A stretch of DNA of 64,000 bases from Candidatus Kaiserbacteria bacterium (GTDB taxonomy: Bacteria; Patescibacteriota; Minisyncoccia; Phycocordibacterales; Phycocordibacteraceae). Shown piece by piece: positions 10,146-16,755 of the stretch. The first letter of the stretch is position 1; every line of letters starts with the position of its first letter. A model generated the notes under the pieces. The model was not told where the DNA came from and made no database searches. It saw only the letters and a list, made by a program, of their open reading frames with translations. Location of the stretch: the NCBI GenBank assembly GCA_023264445.1, contig JAHFMN010000001.1, forward strand, positions 69,928 to 133,927, read 5' to 3'. Both the position numbers and the translations under genes were made by a program.

Positions 10146-10219
10146 GCGCTCTTAGCTCAGTTGGTTAGAGCGTTCGCCTCACACGCGAAAGGTCATAGGT
10201 TCGAATCCTATAGAGCGCA
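10146..10219 (+). tRNA. tRNA-Val (anticodon CAC)
   Basis: Acceptor GCGCTCT/AGAGCGC, D arm GCTC-AGTTGGTTA-GAGC, anticodon loop CTCACAC, and T arm ATAGG-TTCGAAT-CCTAT. Confidence 0.85.
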
Positions 10220-10236
10220 CAAGAGGTGTTCTATGT

Positions 10237-10307
10237 CGGGCCGGAGTATGCCGGTAGTACATGCGCTTCGGGTGCGTAAGGACCGAGTTCAATTCTCGGC
10301 GGCCCGA
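10237..10307 (+). tRNA. tRNA-Pro (anticodon CGG)
   Basis: Acceptor CGGGCCG/CGGCCCG, anticodon stem TGCGC/GCGTA with loop TTCGGGT, and T arm CCGAG-TTCAATT-CTCGG. The D stem is short (3 bp). Confidence 0.75.
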
Positions 10308-10328
10308 CAAAGAACATCTCTCAAGAGG

Positions 10329-10402
10329 CGGGCTATCGTATACCGGTAGTACGCATGCATGGGGTGCATGTAGACCGGGTTCGATTCCCGGTAGCCCGAC
10401 CA
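10329..10402 (+). tRNA. tRNA-Pro (anticodon GGG), CCA encoded
   Basis: Acceptor CGGGCTA/TAGCCCG, anticodon stem CATGC/GCATG with loop ATGGGGT, and T arm CCGGG-TTCGATT-CCCGG, followed by ACCA. Confidence 0.75.
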
Positions 10403-10430
10403 AATATCGTCATGCTAGAATCGTGCGCAC

Positions 10431-10563
10431 GGGCCATTAGCTCAGCTGGTAAGCCGGTCAAAATCCGAAACCCAGTCCGGCTTCCCGACGGCACTTGCCT
10501 CGCATGAACAATATGAAGACATATGTTCATGCACTCGGCTCGCTTGCCGGTAGAGCGCGTTAT
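10431..10563 (+). pseudogene. tRNA-Ala 5' fragment with a ~100-nt structured insertion in the D-loop
   Basis: 21 nt GGGCCATTAGCTCAGCTGGTA are identical to the 5' end of the tRNA-Ala(CGC) 170 nt downstream. They are followed by a 101-nt insert with two hairpins, then GAGCGCGT matching tRNA positions 22-29. No 3' half or T arm follows. Confidence 0.6.
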
Positions 10564-10600
10564 TGTGATCCTATAGGTTTTCAGTATCCTGTAAGTAATC

Positions 10601-10673
10601 GGGCCATTAGCTCAGCTGGTAGAGCGCGTCATTCGCATTGACGAGGTCAGCGGTTCGACTCCGCTATGGTCCA
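10601..10673 (+). tRNA. tRNA-Ala (anticodon CGC)
   Basis: Acceptor GGGCCAT/ATGGTCC with G3:U70, D arm GCTC-AGCTGGTA-GAGC, anticodon loop TTCGCAT, and T arm AGCGG-TTCGACT-CCGCT. Confidence 0.85.
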
Positions 10674-10698
10674 CTGGGCTTCAAAGGGAAACAATCGC

Positions 10699-10769
10699 GG
10701 GCCTATGGTGAAGCGGTATCACGCGTCCATGGCATGGACGAAGTCGGGGTTCGACTCCCCGTAGGTCCA
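10699..10769 (+). tRNA. tRNA-Ala (anticodon GGC)
   Basis: Acceptor GGGCCTA/TAGGTCC with G3:U70, anticodon stem CGTCC/GGACG with loop ATGGCAT, and T arm CGGGG-TTCGACT-CCCCG. Confidence 0.8.
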
Positions 10770-10822
10770 CAAAAGTACGAAGTAGTTTTGTGGACCTATG
10801 CGCCATGCCTGCGCATGGCGCG
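10762..10822 (+). terminator. two consecutive perfect hairpins after the tRNA array
   Basis: GGTCCACAAAA-loop-TTTTGTGGACC is an 11-bp stem that reuses the tRNA 3' end. GCGCCATGC-CTGC-GCATGGCGC is a 9-bp stem. There is no T-run, so function as a terminator or processing site is uncertain. Confidence 0.35.
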
Positions 10823-10928
10823 GCGGGGAGTCGAATGCCGGAGCGATGTTCGGTCAGCAGGCCGAACCGCGAGGCGGGGCTGCGACCGAGCCGAGTGACG
10901 ACGAGGCGAGAGTTGTAGCCGACTCCTG

Positions 10929-10957
10929 TGACTTTTACTGCGTTAACGCGCTATACT
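10929..10957 (+). promoter_or_regulatory. sigma70-like promoter TGACTT-N17-TATACT
   Basis: -35 and -10 boxes with 17-nt spacing, about 35 nt upstream of the 10991 gene. Confidence 0.35.
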
Positions 10958-10990
10958 GAATCTGCTAGACACTACCCACATAACTAATCT

Positions 10991-11464
10991 TTGTCTCTCA
11001 TGGACCTCGAAGCGATCAGAAAGCACGGAATAGTCTCCTATCTCGCGAAGGAGAAAATGGCAATTCTTTCCACTCATGCATCCGATGGCTCAATTGATGC
11101 GATGACGGTGTTTTTTATGGCCGACGAAAACCTCGACTTCTTCTTCATGACAAAAGTGGATACGAGGAAATATCAAAATATGGCCGCTAATCCGCACGTG
11201 TCCCTGACGATTTCAAATGCCGAGACGTTAGAGACCGTAGAAGCAAAAGGGACCGCAAGCGTGATGACGAGCCCGAAAGACATCACGGACCGTATGACCT
11301 CCATCATAAATAAGGGTAAATACGAAGGAATGCCCTGGGCTCCGCCAATCGCCAAGCTCAATGCAGGACAGTATGTGATTATTAAGGTCGTGCCCACGTG
11401 GCTTCGGTACGGTGTATTTCTCAATGAGTTCCCGAAGGGGGAATATTTCAAACAGATTATTTAG
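10991..11464 (+). CDS. pyridoxamine 5'-phosphate oxidase-like FMN-binding family protein (general stress protein 26-like)
   Basis: Split-barrel PNPOx-like sequence pattern. The ORF-track start is TTG; an ATG lies at 11000. Confidence 0.6.
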   Translation: MSLMDLEAIRKHGIVSYLAKEKMAILSTHASDGSIDAMTVFFMADENLDFFFMTKVDTRKYQNMAANPHVSLTISNAETLETVEAKGTASVMTSPKDITDRMTSIINKGKYEGMPWAPPIAKLNAGQYVIIKVVPTWLRYGVFLNEFPKGEYFKQII

Positions 11465-11487
11465 CTTCGTAATTGCACTTGAATCTT

Positions 11488-11886
11488 ATGCTTAAAGAAT
11501 TCAAACAGTTTCTCCTGCGCGGGAATGTCGTCGATCTGGCGGTTGGTGTCGTGGTCGGCGCCGCGTTCGGGACGGTGGTCTCTGCGCTTGTCGCCGACCT
11601 ACTTACGCCACTTATCGCGGCTATAGCGAGGGTGCCAGACTTTAGCGGGCTTTCGTTTACCCTCAACGGAGCTAAGTTTATGTATGGCCATCTGATAAAT
11701 ACCCTCATTTCGTTCCTACTTATAGCGACCGCGGTGTTCTTCTTCGTGGTGAAGCCGATGAATCTCTTGGTCTCCCGCTCGCATAAGGAGCCACCTGCTG
11801 ATCCCACTACGAAGAAGTGCCCGGAATGCATAAGCGAAATCCCGCTCGACGCCAAGCGTTGTAAGTACTGCGCACAGACCGTATAG
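11488..11886 (+). CDS. mscL: large-conductance mechanosensitive channel with a C-terminal CxxC...CxxC zinc-ribbon tail
   Basis: MLKEFKQFLLRGNVVDLAVGVVVGAAFG is the canonical MscL TM1. The C-terminal helical bundle is replaced by CPEC-x10-CKYC. Confidence 0.85.
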   Translation: MLKEFKQFLLRGNVVDLAVGVVVGAAFGTVVSALVADLLTPLIAAIARVPDFSGLSFTLNGAKFMYGHLINTLISFLLIATAVFFFVVKPMNLLVSRSHKEPPADPTTKKCPECISEIPLDAKRCKYCAQTV

Positions 11887-11887
11887 A

Positions 11888-11930
11888 AAAGTAAGACCCG
11901 CCGGAAGGCGGGTCTTACTTTTACTACTTG
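11888..11930. terminator. bidirectional rho-independent terminator
   Basis: AAGTAAGACCCGCC-GGAA-GGCGGGTCTTACTT perfect hairpin with a T-run on the + side. It lies between convergent mscL and the SWIB gene. Confidence 0.65.
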
Positions 11931-11937
11931 TCTAGAT

Positions 11938-12189
11938 TTAAGACAAGTGCGCCGAGACGAGCTTCGTCATCTCGAACATCGAGACTTCGCTCTTGCCGCC
12001 GAATATCGGCTTCAGTTTGTCATCGGCCATAATATTCCTCTTGTTCTTTGGATTCTGGAGATCGTGCTTCTTGATATATACCCAAAGCTGCTTAACCACT
12101 TCAGTTCTCGGCATCGGACCCTGTCCTACGACCGCTTCCAGTTCGGAAGAGAGCTTAAGCGGCTTTGATAAAGCTGAATTTATTGCCAT
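11938..12189 (-). CDS. SWIB/MDM2 domain protein
   Basis: ELEAVVGQGPMPRTEVVKQLWVYIKKHDLQNPKNKRNIMADDKLKPIFG...FEMTKLVSAHL closely matches bacterial (chlamydial-type) SWIB proteins. The start is set at the internal Met (MAINSAL). The upstream in-frame Mets overlap a TGGTATATA -10-like element. Confidence 0.8.
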   Translation of the reverse strand: MAINSALSKPLKLSSELEAVVGQGPMPRTEVVKQLWVYIKKHDLQNPKNKRNIMADDKLKPIFGGKSEVSMFEMTKLVSAHLS

Positions 12190-12359
12190 AGATAGATTTA
12201 ATCGTATTAATACTAACGCCGCCTTAGTATATACCATAGCAAGCCTAGAGGGGAAAGTGTCCACAGGGTATTGTGTTTCTTAAAAAATGTTCTATGTTGT
12301 GTATAGACAGTCAGCATCGCACTCCTGCGGATGCACTTTCACACTTGAGGGGAGTAAAG

Positions 12360-12863
12360 ATGAAGAAGCAGAAAGTTTCAGTACCACCGGTCCATGACCA
12401 GAAGGGGCGCGGAAGCACGAACCTCATGTTCGATCTGTATCTCGATGCTGAAAGCAACGTCAAACTTGCTTTCTCCCCTGGTCGATTGCATTGGACGCTG
12501 CGCAATGCAATCAGAGGTGTCGGTATGACGCAACGAAAGTCCCTTCTCGACCCATGGGAAACCAAGCTTACTGGTCCCGCAAGCTTCTTCCACTCCTTGG
12601 AGGAGTCGCATGTTCGGATAGAGACCTGGCCCGAAGACATGCATGTCCAGGGGGAAGTGCAGCTCTGCAACTACTCCCGCAACAACACTGAAGCAACATG
12701 GCGTCTCGCGTGGTTCATCATCGATACCCTGAATCCCGCGCGTGGCCAGATCCTTCCGATTACACGCGGTCCAAATGCACCTCTCGGGACCCATTCGGTG
12801 ATTGACTGGAAACGCAGCGACAGCAAGGAAATCATCAGGCAGTTATGCACCGTCATGGTGTAA
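12360..12863 (+). CDS. hypothetical protein
   Basis: ORF 12273..12863. The RBS GAGGGGAG precedes the ATG at 12360. No recognisable domain. Confidence 0.45.
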   Translation: MKKQKVSVPPVHDQKGRGSTNLMFDLYLDAESNVKLAFSPGRLHWTLRNAIRGVGMTQRKSLLDPWETKLTGPASFFHSLEESHVRIETWPEDMHVQGEVQLCNYSRNNTEATWRLAWFIIDTLNPARGQILPITRGPNAPLGTHSVIDWKRSDSKEIIRQLCTVMV

Positions 12864-12957
12864 GGGGGCGCGAGCGCAAGCTCGCGCCCTTAGTATTTTC
12901 CCTCTGACTGTTCCTTTCAGGCACTTGCGCGCCCTGTACAGGGGGTATACTAAGCGC

Positions 12958-13383
12958 ATGACTTTCGAAGGAAACGGGAACGATGGAGGTACGAGCATCC
13001 CGCCGCATCGCGTCATCCCGCATTATCATGGGGATTCTGTACGGATACTCTTCGTCATTGGTGCTATCGTCATCATCGTCGCGAAGTCTACGGGAGCCGA
13101 AATCCCTCTTTCATCATTCGGTTCGGTCGTGGCGGCTGTGGTACTCGTGATTGCTGCCGGTATCACCAATCCGACGCAATTTTGGATCCATTGGGCAAAT
13201 GCATTCCTTGCCATATACGGCACCATCATTTTCGGTACGACCGCGGTCGAACACTACCGCGCAGGAACCAGCATATTCGATTCCTCCTTCATATACGTTG
13301 AAGCAATTGCGCTTCTTTCGCTCATCGCCCTCTACTTCACGACGCGGACCGTACGCGGACTCCACATGCGGCCGAAGTACTAA
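12958..13383 (+). CDS. hypothetical 4-TM membrane protein
   Basis: Hydrophobic helices. The start is the internal Met after the upstream gene's stop. Confidence 0.45.
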   Translation: MTFEGNGNDGGTSIPPHRVIPHYHGDSVRILFVIGAIVIIVAKSTGAEIPLSSFGSVVAAVVLVIAAGITNPTQFWIHWANAFLAIYGTIIFGTTAVEHYRAGTSIFDSSFIYVEAIALLSLIALYFTTRTVRGLHMRPKY

Positions 13384-13426
13384 AACGTTCCACACGGGCG
13401 GTCTATCATCGTGATAGTATTACAAT

Positions 13427-13660
13427 ATGTCCGTACAAAGTTTTCTTCTCAAGCAATACGCAAAATGGAAGATGAAGGACGTGCCGGAGGCGCAGCGCGA
13501 GCAGATGACCGAGATGGTTTCAAAGGATCCTCAGCTTTTTAAGAAAATTGGCGAGGAGATTGAACGGCGGAAGAAGGGCGGAGAGAGCGAAGTGAAGGCG
13601 TCGATGGAGGTGATGAAGAAGTATCGCACCGAGCTCTCGATGCTAATGCAGAAGAAATAA
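13427..13660 (+). CDS. small charged helical hypothetical protein
   Basis: 77-aa ORF, K/E-rich. It lies 2 nt upstream of the next gene. Confidence 0.4.
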   Translation: MSVQSFLLKQYAKWKMKDVPEAQREQMTEMVSKDPQLFKKIGEEIERRKKGGESEVKASMEVMKKYRTELSMLMQKK

Positions 13661-13661
13661 T

Positions 13662-14162
13662 ATGCAAGCTCTTGTCCCATTTCTCGCTTTCTGTCAGGCA
13701 TTTGGAGCGTCGGTCGGCGCCTTTGCAGCGGTCTGGTCCGAGATTGCATACCTGCGCGCAATGCGAGACGGAAATGTAAGCAATGCGGAACAGGCACATC
13801 TCCGCATCATTGCACGAGGATTGCGTTTCGGCATGACACTTCTCCTTTTCTCTTCTCTTGGGCTTGTCATCGCCGGATATGTCCTCGCCGCACCGCTTTC
13901 GCCCGCGCTCTCCCCGAGCTATTGGATTTCTATCGCGCTTGCGCTCCTCATCATCGGCGTGACATGGGCACTTTCTCGGCATCGCATTTCCTTTGCACTC
14001 GGTTCGGCGCTCGTGTTTTCGGCATGGTGGCTGCTTGCCTATCTCACTATCGGACAGCTGCCGGCTCTTTCCTTCGGTTCAGCTGTCGCACTGTTCGTGG
14101 TCGCGACCGTTCTTTTCTACGGGCTCCTTCAGTACGGGCGGTTTCTTGCCTTGCGCAAATAA
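13662..14162 (+). CDS. hypothetical multi-TM membrane protein
   Basis: 4-5 hydrophobic helices. The start is 2 nt after the preceding stop. Confidence 0.5.
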   Translation: MQALVPFLAFCQAFGASVGAFAAVWSEIAYLRAMRDGNVSNAEQAHLRIIARGLRFGMTLLLFSSLGLVIAGYVLAAPLSPALSPSYWISIALALLIIGVTWALSRHRISFALGSALVFSAWWLLAYLTIGQLPALSFGSAVALFVVATVLFYGLLQYGRFLALRK

Positions 14163-14185
14163 CGGAGAGGCACTAGGGTGCTTGC

Positions 14186-15283
14186 ATGTTGAAAATTGGA
14201 ATCGTTGGACTGCCGAACGTGGGGAAATCCACGCTTTTTAATGCGCTCACTAAGGCATCGGTGCCGGCGGAGAACTATCCCTTTTGTACCATTGACCCCT
14301 CCGTGGGAGTCGTCGGTGTGCCAGACGCACGTCTTGGCGCGCTGGCACAATTCTCTGCAAGCGAGAAAGTCGTCCCGGCGGCAATAGAGTTCGTGGACAT
14401 CGCAGGGCTCGTGAAAGGTGCAGCGGAGGGCGAGGGTCTCGGGAATCAGTTTCTCGCGAATATCCGCGAGACGGACGCAATCCTCCACCTTGTTCGTTTC
14501 TTTGACGACCCAAATATCACGCACGTCGAGGAAGAGATTGAACCCTATAAAGACATAGAAATCATCAATCTTGAATTGGTACTCGCGGATGCCGAGCAGG
14601 TGCGCAAGCGGCGCGATAAAATCGCGGGCGATATCAAAGCGGGCCGTAAGGACGCGATTGCCGAAGACGCCGCACTGGCGAAGCTCACGCAGGCCTTCGC
14701 CGCAGGGAAGCTCGCGCTACATGCTGGACTCACTGATGACGAGAAAAAGATCCTTGCAGGATTAAACTTTCTCACCATGAAGCCGATGCTCTACGCGCTC
14801 AATCGGAAGAGTGGAGGACATAATCTCGATGAGCTTTCCGATGGTCGTGCCACGCGCGCATTTGAGCTCATTACCTCGCTTGGCTCACAATACATATTTC
14901 TTGATGCGGCAACGGAGCATGAGTTAAACGATGTCGCAGACGACGATCGTGAAGGATTTCGACGAGAACTTGGCGTCTCTGAAGATGGTCTCGCCGGGCT
15001 CATCCGCGGTGCATATGAGACCCTGGGTCTTATTTCTTTCTTTACCACTGGTACCGACGAGACGCGCGCGTGGACTATTACGCGGGGGAGTACGGCGCCC
15101 GAGGCGGGCGCCGCCATCCATAACGACTTCCTTACTAAATTTATCCGTGCTGAAATTATCGAATGGGACAAACTCCTCGCTGCTGGCTCGTACGCTGCCG
15201 CGCGTGAGAAGGGTCTCGTTCGCACCGAAGGGAAGGAGTATATCGTTCGCGACGGGGATGTGGTTGTCTTTCTTCACGGATAG
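14186..15283 (+). CDS. ychF: ribosome-binding ATPase YchF
   Basis: GIVGLPNVGKSTLFNALT G1 motif, the YchF body and the C-terminal TGS-like end. The RBS GGAGAGG is upstream. Confidence 0.92.
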   Translation: MLKIGIVGLPNVGKSTLFNALTKASVPAENYPFCTIDPSVGVVGVPDARLGALAQFSASEKVVPAAIEFVDIAGLVKGAAEGEGLGNQFLANIRETDAILHLVRFFDDPNITHVEEEIEPYKDIEIINLELVLADAEQVRKRRDKIAGDIKAGRKDAIAEDAALAKLTQAFAAGKLALHAGLTDDEKKILAGLNFLTMKPMLYALNRKSGGHNLDELSDGRATRAFELITSLGSQYIFLDAATEHELNDVADDDREGFRRELGVSEDGLAGLIRGAYETLGLISFFTTGTDETRAWTITRGSTAPEAGAAIHNDFLTKFIRAEIIEWDKLLAAGSYAAAREKGLVRTEGKEYIVRDGDVVVFLHG

Positions 15284-15358
15284 TTGACAAATCAAAAAAT
15301 ATAAGTACCATCAATTATAGAAAATTTCCTTCAATCTTTCCTCTAAGAGGAGAAGTCC

Positions 15359-15706
15359 ATGAACATCCGTCTGTTTCTATCCGTGTTGCTTCTCTTGCTA
15401 TTCGCAGGATGCGGCTCGGAAGCAAGGAGTAAAAGAGCATCATTCCTCGATGGCAAAGTCATTGTGGAGTATCAGGAGAATTTGGCTGAATATCGTCCGA
15501 AATATTACCTCTCCTTTCGGTTCTATGAGAAAGGAGATTACAACGTTTTGTTCGAGAGCCCTTCTCGTTACAAGACGCCGAAAAATTTTTGGAGGTCTAT
15601 CGATAGCGCCCCGCAGGAAATTGTGTTTGAGTCAAAAGAGCTCCCACACGAACTTCAAATAACTATCGTCAAAGATGGTGGCAGACGAGAAAGAAAAAAC
15701 TTCTGA
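15359..15706 (+). CDS. lipoprotein (signal peptide plus lipobox LFAGC)
   Basis: RBS GAGGAG. Hydrophobic signal peptide ending in AGC. Terminator downstream. Confidence 0.6.
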   Translation: MNIRLFLSVLLLLLFAGCGSEARSKRASFLDGKVIVEYQENLAEYRPKYYLSFRFYEKGDYNVLFESPSRYKTPKNFWRSIDSAPQEIVFESKELPHELQITIVKDGGRRERKNF

Positions 15707-15736
15707 GCCCCTGCCGATATCCCAACCTTGTTAATC

Positions 15737-15768
15737 CCCGTCTGCGCGGGGATTTCTTTTTATGGTGG
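15737..15768 (+). terminator. rho-independent terminator
   Basis: ATCCCCG-TCTGCG-CGGGGAT hairpin followed by TTCTTTTTAT. Confidence 0.55.
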
Positions 15769-15770
15769 CG

Positions 15771-15779
15771 TGGTATAAT
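15771..15779 (+). promoter_or_regulatory. extended -10 promoter TGGTATAAT (leaderless start at 15788)
   Basis: A TGnTATAAT element 8 nt before the ATG, with no SD sequence. Confidence 0.4.
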
Positions 15780-15787
15780 CCGTATCT

Positions 15788-16732
15788 ATGGATAAACCAA
15801 AAACAACGCCAAAAGATTTCTTCCTGTGGGCCGGGGCGATGGTTGCATTCTATTGGGCCATCATTGCCTACACGTTTCTTATTTTTGATTACATCAACTA
15901 CGCGCTTCCGAACGCACTTACGTATTATCCAAGCGATCCCTATCAGAGCGGCATCAGCTACGAAATGGCTTCAGTAATCGTTCTCCTACCGCTCTATATG
16001 TTCCTCATGCAGCTCATTCGTCGTGGCATTGTTCTCGATGCGTCCCGTAAAGAAATCTGGGTGCGCCGCTGGGCGCTCATTCTCACGCTCTTCGTCGCCG
16101 GCGTGGCGATAGCAGGAGACCTCATCACGCTTCTCACCACCTTCCTCAATGGGGAAGAACTCACGATGGCATTCATTCTCAAAGTGCTCACCATCTTCCT
16201 TATTGCAGCAGGAGTCTTCATGCACTTTACTGCGGACCTCAAGGGATACTGGGAGCTGTTTCCAAGCCGAAAACGTCTCCTTGGTGTCAGCGTCGGAATG
16301 CTCGCACTCGGCACGATTGTCGCAGGCTTCTTCATCGTAGGTACGCCGGCCGAAGCACGTCTTGCGCGCTTTGACACACAGAAGGTAAACGATTTGCAGA
16401 ACATACAGTCGCAAGTCGTGTACTACTGGCAGGCGAAGCAGCAACTGCCGATGACGATCACTGACCTCAATAACTCTCTCTCCTACGGCCCAGTACCGGT
16501 GGATCCCCAGACAGGGAAGTCGTACGTCTACCAAACGGTCGGGGCACTCTCCTTCAAGCTGTGTGCAGTGTTTAACGCAGAAAGCCGCACAGGTGTCATG
16601 CCCATCGAAAACCGCCCGATTCCGGTAGGGGAGAAGGGTCTCCCGGATAATTGGCAACATGACGCCGGTCAGGTGTGTTTCGACCGGACTATCGATCCGA
16701 GCTTCTATCCACCGCTCACGAAGCAGCTGTAA
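15788..16732 (+). CDS. hypothetical membrane protein (N-terminal multi-TM region plus C-terminal soluble domain)
   Basis: Six predicted TM helices followed by a domain of about 110 aa. No confident family assignment. Confidence 0.6.
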   Translation: MDKPKTTPKDFFLWAGAMVAFYWAIIAYTFLIFDYINYALPNALTYYPSDPYQSGISYEMASVIVLLPLYMFLMQLIRRGIVLDASRKEIWVRRWALILTLFVAGVAIAGDLITLLTTFLNGEELTMAFILKVLTIFLIAAGVFMHFTADLKGYWELFPSRKRLLGVSVGMLALGTIVAGFFIVGTPAEARLARFDTQKVNDLQNIQSQVVYYWQAKQQLPMTITDLNNSLSYGPVPVDPQTGKSYVYQTVGALSFKLCAVFNAESRTGVMPIENRPIPVGEKGLPDNWQHDAGQVCFDRTIDPSFYPPLTKQL

Positions 16733-16755
16733 CAGCCGGTTACGGTATCGGCCAC

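Noticed and set aside
10431-10680. Possibility that the tRNA-Ala 5' fragment plus insert is a tmRNA or an intron-containing tRNA
   Set aside because: No tag-peptide reading frame ending in a typical ...AA stop, no pseudoknot-rich body of tmRNA size, and no T arm or 3' acceptor strand for the fragment other than those of the intact downstream tRNA. It is kept as a pseudogene or integration scar, to be tested with covariance models.
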